A stretch of DNA of 64,000 nucleotides. It comes from Macrostomum lignano (taxonomy: Eukaryota). A model generated the notes under the pieces. The model had not been told where the DNA came from and made no database searches. It saw only the letters and a list, made by a program, of their open reading frames with translations. Shown here one piece after another: positions 1 to 11,504 of this stretch (the first letter of the stretch is position 1; every line of letters starts with the position of its first letter). The stretch spans positions 124,001 through 188,000 of the forward strand of contig NIVC01001275.1 in assembly GCA_002269645.1 (NCBI GenBank), read 5' to 3'. A program made the position numbers and the translations under genes.

Positions 1-395
1 CTCACTCCTTCACCCCCTCACCCTCCCAACTCCTTAACCCCAAACCCCCTCACCCACTCACTCCCTCACTCCCTCACTCCCTCCCCCTCACCCTTTCAAA
101 CCCTCAACCCCTCAACCCCTCAACCCCTCACCCCCTCACCCCCTCACGCCCTCACCCCCTCACTCCCTCCCCTCACCCTCTCAACCCCTCACGCCCTCAG
201 CCCCTCACCCCCTCACTCCCTCCCCCTCACCCTCTCAGCCCCTCACGCCCTCAGCCCCTCACCCCCTCACTCCCTCCCCCTCACCCTCTCAACCCCTCAC
301 GCCCTCAGCCCCTCACCCCTCACTCCCTCCCCCCTCACCCTCTCAACCCCTCACCCTCTCAACCCCTCACCCTCTCAACCCCTCAACCTCCTCAC
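1..395. repeat. C-rich low-complexity tandem repeat (CCCTCA/CCCCTCA-based), filling the iGluR intron up to the acceptor
   Basis: Continuous ccctca/cccctca/ctccctc motifs up to about 15 nt before AG 410-411. Confidence 0.9.
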
Positions 396-411
396 CCCGT
401 CGCCCCGTCAG

Positions 412-680
412 GCTCGCCCTACCGGGACGCCCTCTCCGAGGCGATTCTGAAGTTCCAGAAGGAGCAGGACCTAGAAAACCTTCGCCGCAAGTGGTGGCGC
501 GAGATGGACATTCAGACACGATGCGAGGATGTCGCACCGGACAGTCAGGGACCGGCAGGTCTAGGCATCGACCAGGTGGCCGGTGTCTACGTGGTCCTGG
601 CGATCGGCACCGCGGTTGGCGTGCTGGTCATGGCGATGGAGTTCGGCCTGAAGTTCATGAAGCGGGCGGACGAGGATCGA
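412..680 (+). CDS. Ionotropic glutamate receptor (kainate/AMPA-like), exon encoding end of S2 and M4; 5' part of gene lies outside the window
   Basis: cag|GC TCG CCC TAC reads (G)SPYRDALSEAILKFQKEQDLENLRRKWWREMDIQTRC...GLGIDQVAGVYVVLAIGTAVGVLVMAMEF, the typical S2-Cys-M4 pattern; ends CGA|gtaagt. Confidence 0.88.
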
Positions 681-970
681 GTAAGTGTACACTCTTGGTG
701 TTTGTGTACATTCTCGAATTACAGCTTGATTGTACATCCTCAGGGTACAGCCTAATTGTACATCCTTAGATTAGAGCTTCACTGTACACCCTTGTCTGAC
801 TGAATTAGGCTGACAACTTTCAAGACAGATAATGTTGTTGGCTGGGATTCAAATGTATCGTATAAAATTTCTATGAACAATCTAAAATAAAAATTCGCAT
901 TTATGCGTCATTTTAACACTTTCAGCCCCCCAATCTTAGCCCCCAACCTTGCTTTCGCCACCTTCCTCAG

Positions 971-1108
971 CAACCGCTGGCCACCGAGTTCATCCAGGAG
1001 CTGAAGTTCGCCATCAGCTGTTTCGGCTCGTCCACCCGGCCGGCCAATCACCTGGCCGAGCGGGCTCGACAGCTGCGAAGCCAAACCGGCAGCGGCCGGG
1101 AGCGACAG
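971..1108 (+). CDS. iGluR cytoplasmic-tail exon
   Basis: ttcctcag|CAA ... CAG|gtgaga, 138 nt, phase 0/0; QPLATEFIQELKFAISCFGSS resembles the post-M4 ELKFA..C segment of invertebrate iGluRs. Confidence 0.7.
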
Positions 1109-1765
1109 GTGAGAGTTGGCGGAATCACAGCCATGAGGGACAAAGCCCCAGAGTACAGAGAGTGTACATGTCTGACGATTAGAAAGTTGAAGGGTCGCTG
1201 TACACCCTGTGTGAGCGTGTGTACGAGTGCTTACCTGCGTACAGTATCGCCTCGGTGCTGCAGTTGTGAACAAGTTTTATAAAACGCTTTTAGACTAGTT
1301 TACACTAATAAAAGACTGCTATTTCATAGGTGTTGCGCACAACTGCTAATCTGCATTGAATTTCAATGTTTAAAAATGCGAAGAAAAAACTGCGAAGAAT
1401 AGATTAAGGAGAAGCTATTGATGTGTTGTTAATCCTTATAGAGTGTATCCAAAACAGACTCGAACACTTCCAGTCCAGGAGTTGTTTAGAAGTCCACGGA
1501 TTTGGTCACGTGAGGGAGTGAGTTCAGTACAGTCTTGGAAAACTGCCTAATCTAAGCAATAAAAAGCTCAAAGGTACAGTCAAACCGTCTCAATGCCGAA
1601 GGCGATGCGCCTCGCCTCATCAGTGGACGCCTCCATGGACGACGGCGTTTTTCCGTCGCCGCCGTTTGAAGAAGCCGCCGCCGCCGCCGCCGATGCGAGG
1701 CTGCCGTCACAGCCGCGAAATGGAGGCGGGCGCCGACGCCAAGGGGCTACGAGATGGCGCTGCAG

Positions 1766-1969
1766 ACTCCTCCTTCAGCGAGGCGCTTGCAGCAGCAGCC
1801 GCCGCCACCGCCGCCGCCACCGCCGCCGCCACCGCTGCAGCAGCAGCAGAGCTTTGAGTTCGGTGGCGCCCAGTTCGCGCTGGCCAGCGACAGCCCGTCG
1901 GCAATGCAGGTCCGCATGGCTGGGCTCAGGCGAGCCGGCAGCAGCTACAGAGACCAGTTTCCCAACTGA
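1766..1969 (+). CDS. Possible terminal iGluR exon (Pro/Gln-rich, ends SYRDQFPN*); acceptor and frame uncertain
   Basis: GC-rich island; phase-0 acceptor ctgcag at 1765 gives TPPSARRLQQQPPP...QFPN*. An alternative acceptor at 1623 gives a different frame. Confidence 0.3.
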   Translation, partial: TPPSARRLQQQPPPPPPPPPPPPLQQQQSFEFGGAQFALASDSPSAMQVRMAGLRRAGSSYRDQFPN

Positions 1970-2264
1970 TGCCTTCGCATATATTCGAAGACAAGGAGCG
2001 CTCTGCTTGGATGCAATGCTAATACTAGCAATGTTTTTGTTCTTCCTTTTTGCCTCTTTCTTGTTTGTTGTTGTGCACACCTGGTTAGAAACTTCAAATT
2101 CAGGTGTCTCAGTCTTAAGCAGTATCTTTGAATAGTGTGTTCAGTTGTACACGCAGGCCCAAAACCCAAGCTCAATAATACCGACTCTGTTTTGAGCAAA
2201 TGCTTTCTACTATGGTCTATTTATCTCACTTCAAACCTTCCCGCGAGGTCTTAGTCTCTACAAT

Positions 2265-2812
2265 GTACAACCGGCCCCACTCCATTCTCGATCCTAAATG
2301 TACACCCGGCCCCACCCCTATTTCCGATCCTAAATGAACACCCGGCCCCACCCACCCATTCCCGATCCTAAATGTACACCCGGCACCACCCCTATTTCCG
2401 ATCCTAAATGAACACCCGGCCCCACCCACCCATTCCCGATCCTAAATGTACACCCGGCCCCACCCCTATTTTCGATCCTAAATGTACACCCGGCCCCACC
2501 CCCATTCCCGATCCTAAATGTACAACTGGCCCCACCCCCATTACCGATGCTAAATGTACACCCGGACCCACCCCTATTTCCGATTTTAAACATACAACTG
2601 CCCCCACTCCCATTCCCGATCCTAAATGTACACCCGGCCCCACCCCATTCCCGAAGCTAAATGTATACCCGGCCTCACCCCTATTTTCGATTTCAAATGT
2701 ACACCGGCCCCACCCCCCATTCCAATCCTAAATGCACACCCGGCCCACCCCCTCCATTTCCGATCCTAAATGCACACCCGGCCCAAACTCCATTCCCGAT
2801 GCTAAATGTAAA
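2265..2812. repeat. Minisatellite, about 36-bp unit (ccgatcctaaatgtacacccggccccacccctattt), about 15 degenerate copies
   Basis: Direct reading of the tandem units. Confidence 0.9.
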
Positions 2813-4423
2813 TATGCATACGACACAACCTCATTTAGTTCTAAATGCGCATCCAACAAAATAGCTCTCTTTCCCAAACGCAAAATACCAATCAATCCAC
2901 ACAGTCACTTTCGACGTATTATTAATTCTTTTCTCTAAAGCGACGCTGAAGCCATCAAATTAGTGGTTATCCGACTACTGACCCATCCGTATATTATTTC
3001 AAGTTTGACTTGGTGAAGGAAATCGCCTAGTTAATCCAGTTTTCAATTACTTTTTTCTAGCTATCTAATTACGAAAACTGTTATTTAAAAAATTATAATA
3101 GTTTACGAAATAAATGAGACACACTAAGTGTTACTTTTCTCGACTAAATAATTAGCGCTTTTAAGTCCTTTTGTTTAATACTATGGGTGCAATAATAGTT
3201 CCTAACTAAACTAGCCTAGATGTAATTATCACCGATATTTTTCATAAAAGCTTTATCGGAATTTAAGTTGCTAAGAATATAGCATCAAGATTTAACGAGG
3301 CTGCCTTGGCAGCAGACTGATAACAGTTTCCTGAAACCAAATGTGCCATGTCAGGCCGGTGGCGTTGCATACATGTAAGCACGAAACTTCACAAGTCGAA
3401 AACTTATGTTTTGTTTTTTTGAAGTTTCGAGCTTTTGAAGTTAGCCACTTCGACGATGTGCAATTTCGAGCTTGTCAAAGGGATCCGTCAGACCAAACTA
3501 CTCTTAATTCAGTAGCTGACGCGCATATTGCAGCAAAAATTAGAAATCAAGAATCAAAACACCAAGACAATTTAGCGTCAATTTTTCTGGGGTAGCAGAG
3601 CGATCACGTGGATTATTTATTTTGGTAAGTGTGAACTATTTGTACTGTCAATAATAATAAAAATAGCCCAAGTGCGCTAAGACCTTTTAGTTATAACAGC
3701 ATTGCCAGCCAGCATATGGGGCCCCGGTCAGGTTAATCACGAATTTTGCGCTGCATACTTACGCGCTACGCTTATGAAAAAAGGGCCGCCCCTGTCACCC
3801 GTTGGCAGGTGTTGGATGAAACAGACGACCCTCCGCCCTCCATCTGCCGGCTCATCTATAATTACACTTGTTGAAGAAACGGCAGCGCTGCTTACAAGTT
3901 GGAACTATCCATCTGCAATAATGGCCGTGTGTTCGTCTGCCTGTGTGCCTCGGCATGCTGCTCCCTTCTTTCCGCCTTCCGTGTCTTCTACTCATTATGC
4001 ACCCCCTCTATACTTTCGCTGATTTGAGATGCGGCAGCGAAATTGCAGGGTTTGCCAGCCAGCCGAGCGGAAAGATGTTCGCGGCCGTGCATGGCAACTC
4101 GCGAGCCCCTCTCGCTGCTCGACCGTGATGACGTCATCAGGACAAGGGCCGGCCCGCCTCGAGGAAGCTGAGAGAAGGAAGAAACTCAAGCTCATCACAA
4201 AAGCAGAGGAGAAAAAGCAGAAGTGCAGCAACGATGCTGCAGTTTAGCCATGCAGTTTGCAGCTTCAGTTTCACTGCAATGTTTGCTAAAAGATGCGATT
4301 GCTTTGAGTGCACTCGAAATGAAGCCCGTCCTGATATTGAATGGCTGAATACTTTGTTGTGGGCAAAAGCTTGATTTTAGTTTGTCTCTTTAACGACAAA
4401 ATTGCGTGCTACAGCCCACATCG

Positions 4424-4686
<263 letters not shown>

Positions 4687-5416
4687 CTTTGTAAATAAGC
4701 AAAACGCAATAAAATTGCTGTAATTGCCAACTATAAACATTTTATCAGCAAGTTGTGCTGCTAGATATGATGAAATCTGAACTTTATTTTTGAATTCAAC
4801 CCATGACGATGTCACAACAAACAGGCAATCATACTCGTACATGAAACTGGGTCTCACCGTCCTGCTCTGGCAGCAGAGCTACAGAAAAAGCAGAACAAAA
4901 TCACTCAGGTGTAAATCCCGAGCGCTACAAATGACTTTGCTTTGTACACACATGAATCCTATTGAAGTATAAAAATTTACATAAAATGGCAAACTAACGC
5001 ATACAGATCCTAATTCCTAACATCAAGATTGAATTTGTGACATTTGAACGGGCATTATAAACTACTTACATATCGCTGTCAGACTTCCAGCTACACAAAG
5101 TAGTGATAGAATCGGGGTTTGATTCAAAGAATTTCGAATACATCCGTGTGGCTTAACCGACAACTTGAAGGTAGGAAATTTAGTTTGCTAGGGGGGGGGC
5201 GCAGGCAGGCTCACACAGGGTGTACACAGCGGCCCTGACTTTGCAATCTTCAGGCATGTTTTAGTTACTCCTCATCCGGCCCAGGCGAGAGCCTGAAGCG
5301 TTACCGCTGGGCAACTCTGTGCTCGCACTGAAAGGTCATAGTGTACCTTGAATTCAATTCGCATGCATTGATACTGCAATAGTAATATCAGTTATATAAC
5401 TCCCTGCAAGCTCGCC

Positions 5417-6874
5417 TCAATGCTGGATTCGAACCCCGACCTCCTGACCGTCGTTGATCAGAATTCGAACCGACTGCCGTCCCGCCCCAGCGGTGGCAGC
5501 CTCCGACGCAGCATTCGGACGTCGCCTCCCGCCGAGGCGGCACAGCAGCAGCCGGAAGGCGTCGCGGAAGTCCCGGGACAGCAGCGCGTAGACGTAGGGG
5601 TTGATGGCGCTGTTGCAGTAGCCCATCCAGAAAAACACGTCGAACAGCGGCTCCGGGACGCAGCGGTTGCAGAAGGCGCCGAGCACGTAGACGGAGAAGA
5701 ACGGCAGCCAGCAGACGGTGAAGGTCACGCCGATGACGGCGAGCATCCGGGCGGCCTTGGTCTCATTGTAGATGCTCTTCAGCCGCAGGTCGCCGGGGGC
5801 GCGCTTGCGCAAGCCCGGCAAGATGCTGGTGGAGGCGCGCCGGTTCTGCAGCTGCTGCAGATGGTGCCGGTGCAGGTGGCAGCTCTGATGGCCCACGCTT
5901 GGCGCGAAGGACAGTCGGCGAGTCGGCGGAGCGTAGTCCGGCGTGAGGAATGTGGCGCTTCCCGATGGAGCGGCGGGAGCGGCGGCGGTGGCGACGCCCA
6001 AATCGCCGCTGGTGCGGCTGCGCACCACGTCGCAGGAGGATCTCCGACGAACAGCGGAGGACGGCAGAGTTCCGCCGGCCGCGGCGATCGCCAGATTGGA
6101 AGCAGACGCGGCGCTGCCGCCGAGGTGCACTCGCAGCACGCAGGTGTCCGGACAGTCGCTGGTGATGCTGGAGCCGGAGCTCTTTCGACTCTTAAGCACC
6201 ATCTCGCCGCGGCGCACGTTTTGGATGGTGCGGCGCACGGCTCGGTAGATCTCCAGGTAGAAGTACAGCATCACAGCAGCCGGCAGGAAGAACGAGCCGC
6301 TGGCCGAGTAGATGATGTAAGCGATGGAGGACTGGTTGATGCTGCACTCCATGTAGTGCGTGCAGTTGCCAGGCGAGTTTCCCGGCATGAGCTGCAGCAT
6401 AGGCGGGAAGCTGATGCCGAACGCCAGCAGCCAGGAGAGCGCCACCAGACAGCGGGCCCGCTTCAAAGTCATGAGCTTCGGATAGCGAATCGGATGCTTG
6501 ATGGCGAAGAATCGATCCGAAGCGATCAGCACCAGGTTGAGGATGCTGGCGGTGCAGCAGAGCACGTCCAGCACCATCCAGGCCCGGCACAGGCGCGGCC
6601 CGAATATCCACTGCTTGTGCATGACCTGGTTCACGATGGAGAACGGCATCACGGCCACGCTCAGGAGCAGGTCGCTCACCGCCAGGCTGCTGATGAAGAC
6701 GTTGGTCACGCCACGTTTCTTCAGCTTCTCGAAGGTGAGCGCGGCCGCTATGACCAGCATGTTGCCGACAAACACAACAACGTCGAGTAGCGACAGCAGG
6801 CCGCCAGTGACGAAATCCCAGGGCGACAAGGCGAATGTAGACGTGCAGTTACTGCCAGATTCGTTTTCGTCCAT
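5417..6874 (-). CDS. Class A biogenic-amine GPCR (octopamine/tyramine alpha-adrenergic-like), single coding exon, 485 aa
   Basis: First ATG at 6874 (the track start at 6940 is TTG). TM1 GN, TM2 LAVSD, TM3 WMVLDVLCCTASILNL (amine-binding Asp) then DRF, TM5 YSASGSFFLP, TM6 CWLPFF, TM7 WMGYCNSAINPYVY. Confidence 0.92.
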   Translation of the reverse strand: MDENESGSNCTSTFALSPWDFVTGGLLSLLDVVVFVGNMLVIAAALTFEKLKKRGVTNVFISSLAVSDLLLSVAVMPFSIVNQVMHKQWIFGPRLCRAWMVLDVLCCTASILNLVLIASDRFFAIKHPIRYPKLMTLKRARCLVALSWLLAFGISFPPMLQLMPGNSPGNCTHYMECSINQSSIAYIIYSASGSFFLPAAVMLYFYLEIYRAVRRTIQNVRRGEMVLKSRKSSGSSITSDCPDTCVLRVHLGGSAASASNLAIAAAGGTLPSSAVRRRSSCDVVRSRTSGDLGVATAAAPAAPSGSATFLTPDYAPPTRRLSFAPSVGHQSCHLHRHHLQQLQNRRASTSILPGLRKRAPGDLRLKSIYNETKAARMLAVIGVTFTVCWLPFFSVYVLGAFCNRCVPEPLFDVFFWMGYCNSAINPYVYALLSRDFRDAFRLLLCRLGGRRRPNAASEAATAGAGRQSVRILINDGQEVGVRIQH

Positions 6875-7489
6875 TGCTTCCGTGATGAAGTCTAGTGGGC
6901 TTGAGAAGCTGCTAGGAGATTGCCTATGCCTGCAGCTCAAGGCCTGACAAGCGTAGAATTATCTAGTCTTCAGTCGGGCGCCTCCCAGCCAATGAGCTGC
7001 ATGCTAGTGCTCAACAGGCTTATAACAGACGAATGGCTTATAAATTTGCGGCATATGCCTCTCTCTATGACAGATTTAAATTGCTCGGCCACCCGGATGA
7101 TAAAAGGAGCAGAATGTTTGAGCTCAGACTCACACTGAGTCAGTGATCTCTCGCCATTGTCTCTGCTAGGCTTGCACTATACTTACGTAAGTCACTGACT
7201 CTACACACCAGCTATTTCCAGTGCATTCTTATCTTTCATTTTAACGATTTTTCGCGACGCAAAATCCGCCAACGATGCATTAAGCAGGTAAAATGGCGAT
7301 TATCGATGCGCTGCTCAGCGCCTGCGGGCTGTGGCATATTTCAGGCATCTTCGAAAAAAGGCCAGTATTGACGAGTCAGGAGATCCTCACAGAAAATTAT
7401 ACGGAACAGCTGTCTACTGAAGTAGAAGAGAAAGCCTTAGTAAACACACAGCAAGCAGCAATTACTTACAGTAGTACGCATGAAACACG

Positions 7490-8524
7490 AGGCATCACTG
7501 CTTCACCCTTATATTCGTGAGGCATCACTGCTTCACCCCAATATCCGTGAGGCATCACTGCTTCACCCCAATACCCGTGAGCATCACTGCTTCACCCCAA
7601 TATCCGTGAGGCATCACTGCTTCACCGGCCAATATCGGCGTCAGGCATCACTGCTTCACCCTTATATTCGTGAGGCATCACTGCTTCACCCCAATATCCG
7701 TGAGGCATCACTGCTTCACCCCAATATCCGTGAGGCATCACTGCTTCACCCCAATATCCGTGAGGGATCACTGCTTCACCCCAATATCCGTGAGGCATCA
7801 CTGCTTCACCCAAATATCCGTGAGGCATCACTGCTTCACCCAAATACCCGTGAGCATCACTGCTTCACCCCAATATCCGTGAGGCATCACTTCTTCACCC
7901 CAATATCCGTGAGGCATCACTGCTTCACCCAAATATCCGTGAGGCATCACTGCTTCACCCCAATATCCGTGAGGCATCACTGCTTCACCCCAATATCCGT
8001 AAGGCATCACTGCTTCACCCCAATATACGTAAGGCATCACTGCTTCACTCCAATATCCGTAAGGCATCACTGCTTCACCCCAATATCCGTAAGGCATCAC
8101 TGCTTCACCCCAATATACGTAAGGCATCACTGCTTCACCCCAATATCCGTAAGGCATCACTGCTTCACCCCAATATCCGTAAGGCATCACTGCTTCACCC
8201 CAATATCCGTGAGGCATCACTGCTTCACCCCAATATCCGTAAGGCATCACTGCTTCACCCCAATATCCGTAAGGCATCACTGCTTCACCCCAATATCCGT
8301 AAGGCATCACTGCTTCACCCCAATATACGTAAGGCATCACTGCTTCACCCCAATATACGTAAGGCATCACTGCTTCACCCCAATATACGTAAGGCATCAC
8401 TGCTTCACTCCAATATCCGTAAGGCATCGTTGCTCCACCCCAATATTCGTGAGGCAGCACCCCTCCACCCCAATATCCGTGAGACAGCACCCCTCCACCC
8501 GAATATCCGTGAGGCAGCACCCCT
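7490..8524. repeat. Minisatellite, 30-bp unit (gaggcatcactgcttcaccccaatatccgt), about 34 copies
   Basis: Direct reading; variants change progressively along the array. Confidence 0.95.
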
Positions 8525-9646
8525 AGATGACTAAGTTAACAAATAAATTGCTAGTCATAGAAGCCAAGACTCAAAGCAAGTATGAGCGCAAAAGGTAACG
8601 TTTTATTGATGCTAGCAGCAGACGGAACCGCACTATAAGGTCTCCATTGCTGCGGTGCCAAGGCTGGATCAGTGAAAGAAAAAAAGGATATACTGAATAA
8701 ACTGGCACTCTTTTCAGCTTGAACCTGCATATTCTGAACTGATGGATACGAATCGATCAATATCCGATGACGAACGCGAACAGAATAGGGAAAATCCCAG
8801 TAGACTGGTAAAGTGCGCAAGTGTTGCGTTGCTTGAGAAGAGGAGAGAAACCGACATAAATTGAAGACAGCTATCAGTCATGTGATCGCATAGTGACCAA
8901 TGCTGTGTCCGCAGATACAAGTAACAACTAAAAAAGGATGTAATAGATAGAATAATAATTGAATAAGGAGAACAGCTGCGGACTTAAGAGGACATTGGCT
9001 GGTTGTATGCAGCTTTGGGAATAAAGATTTTTATAAGATCATTTACGTATAAGCATCTGAGGGATAAAAAACAATCCTAGACAACTGATAATAATAGTAG
9101 TGGATTATACTTGTTTAATAATTATCGGCATAGCAACTGAACGATAAAGGCCATATTTATAGAAATATATAATATATAATAATAATTTTTATTCGAAATT
9201 AAACATACTACAATAATAATTAAAAAAAAACCTCTGAATCGCTACTTAACCTGGCATATTAGATACAGGTCAATAAATATGATAAATAAACAGACTACAA
9301 TGTGCGTGTGATTGGACAGAGTGAACTTAAAAACTGAAGGCTAAAAAAGAAATGAATAAAAGTACAAGTATTAGTGAAGAAGAACTCTCAAACGCGAGCA
9401 TTTTTGGCTACTTATTGTCAATTGTGTAACACAGCAAATCAATAATATGATGAAAACTTGCGAGCGCAGCTTCATCTCGCTATATACTACTGCTGATTGG
9501 CCCACTGTAAACAGTAGCATATACAGTGCATATAGTGAGGGAAGAACAGTTCCATTAGTATATAGGCAGTTTTATTAATAGGAGAGATCGAGCCTGAACG
9601 AGTGACACTATATTATTATCATTAAATATATAATTACCTACTACCA

Positions 9647-10085
9647 CAGATACTAGAATAACTAGAGATGGGCCACTCAGCACATTTGCGTGTAAGCTAC
9701 TTTCAGTTCAGTAGTAAGTTAAACAGAAGCAATTTAATGCATTTTTAAAGCCAAGGCTCATTTATTGGCTCTTACCCCCAGCTTAAACCCTCCAACCGCG
9801 CCTTTCCACACTGCCCCCCCCGCCCCGCCCCAATTTTTATTGCCTTTCTCGGAATTCCAGCTAAAGCTGCCAAAAGTGGACTGGCCAATGTACATTATTG
9901 CTGAACCAATTAGAAAGCTGTTTACGCCTGCAAGCTTGGCCTTCTAAACTTATCAAAGCCATTTCAGTTGCTTTATTTTTTATAAAATAGCTTACGTATT
10001 CTTTTTTGCTACTGAACTGAAAGTAGAAAGCTGTTTTGCTAAGTATAAATGCCTGAGTGGCTCATCCCAGTTATTTTAGTATCTG
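9647..10085. mobile_element. MITE-like element with long imperfect terminal inverted repeats
   Basis: Left cagatactagaataactagagatgggccactcag...ctactttcagttcagtag mirrors right ctactgaactgaaagtag...ctgagtggctcatcccagttattttagtatctg. No clear TSD. Confidence 0.7.
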
Positions 10086-10346
10086 TGCTAACTACTTAAT
10101 ACGCTATCTAGATATAAGCCGCAAAAAAGGAATGAAGCAAAAATGGGATATACGAGCTAACAGAGAGTTCGCGGAGACGCGGAGAGATAAAGTCAGGTAT
10201 CCAGGTAGAAACGATGCTTCATCGAGACGCTGAGTCTCAAATGATCGTAAATTTAAAAAAAGCACGCGACACCTCTAGAATGAAGTTCGACATTTGAGTC
10301 TTTGTTTGTGTGTGTTTGTCTGGTTGGCGATTGTCGCTCACAGCTC

Positions 10347-10547
10347 TCAGACTGGGCTGACATAGCAGGCGCCCAAGAAGGCGGCCCACACCAGCAGCAT
10401 GACCAGCATGCTGGGTATCGGGCTGCGGCCGTCGCTCTGGCAGCGGGCCAGGGACTTCAGAGTCTCATCGATGAAGATCACAGGTAGTGAGAATTTCACT
10501 ACAGCCATCCACTCCTCCAGCGACAGGCTGGTGATTTGGAACACTTT
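10347..10547 (-). CDS. SERCA: SERCA exon 10 (M10 plus hydrophobic C-terminal tail, stop)
   Basis: ttgcag|AAA GTG TTC: KVFQITSLSLEEWMAVVKFSLPVIFIDETLK...LVMLLVWAAFLGACYVSPV*. Confidence 0.92.
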   Translation of the reverse strand, partial: KVFQITSLSLEEWMAVVKFSLPVIFIDETLKSLARCQSDGRSPIPSMLVMLLVWAAFLGACYVSPV

Positions 10548-10727
10548 CTGCAAGGGTTTTGAAATTGATTGGATTGTGAGCTGGTCTTGACAAAGCTTAT
10601 TGAAACTATTGAAATTGCAGCTCGACTGCAGGGCAATAATTAATTTAGTTCGCCAATTAGGTACATATTGTACTTTGTGTAATGGAGAAAAAGTTACGTC
10701 GAAAACTCGAATCTCTGGGCTACTCAC

Positions 10728-10845
10728 AGACATGAACTCAACGTGCAGAATGAAGAAGTGCAGCGACATTGACAGGGCGATAGCGCCTAGCAGCCACATG
10801 TTGCGCCACGGCGGCATGGCTACCAGGGACTGGTTCTCGGACAGA
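10728..10845 (-). CDS. SERCA: SERCA exon 9
   Basis: (S)LSENQSLVAMPPWRNMWLLGAIALSMSLHFFILHVEFMS|gtgagt; 118 nt, phase 2/0. Confidence 0.93.
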
Positions 10846-11292
10846 CTGCAAGGGGGATGATTAAACATGGCGGATTTTTTTAAAATTACAATAAACAAAG
10901 TTTGTCCAGCTTCTTCCAAGCAACATCTGAACTTAAAAAATGTCACCGCAAACTAATCCTTACTAAAATTGAATTGTAAACACAAGTTTGATTATAAATT
11001 ATACTTAGATCATTGTAAGAAACTAAAATGGGGGGGGGCTTTAGAATATATAGACTTCCAGTGCACGCAAGCTGAACGAAAAAGGGATATTAATCTTTGA
11101 AAAACCTTTCTTGTCACCGATGGAGTGGCCTTTATCCGGCAATGATTTCATTAGCTGAGTGATCCCAGAAAGTAAAGAAAGGGGGAGAATTGATTTTTTA
11201 TGGAAATATAATGTCACTACTACAGATGTAACAGTGGGTCTATAAAATATTGAGGCCATAGACAGTGTGCAGAGAAATAGAGGCCAGTCCTA

Positions 11293-11427
<135 letters not shown>

Positions 11428-11504
11428 CTAAAAAGGGAAAAAATTGTATAATACAATGAACCGCACCTTTTAATTTTTTTATTGCAATTGCCTAACCTGT
11501 ATGA

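Noticed and set aside
1168-1190. Possible hammerhead ribozyme core (CTGACGA...GAAA) in the dispersed repeat; also CTGAAGA-TGGACCA-GAAA near 33712
   Set aside because: Only 3 nt separate the core halves at 1171 and the motif is not conserved in other copies; at 33712 no stem I can be formed.
5420-6790. 456-aa plus-strand ORF overlapping the amine GPCR
   Set aside because: Antisense shadow of GC-rich coding sequence; no recognisable domain.
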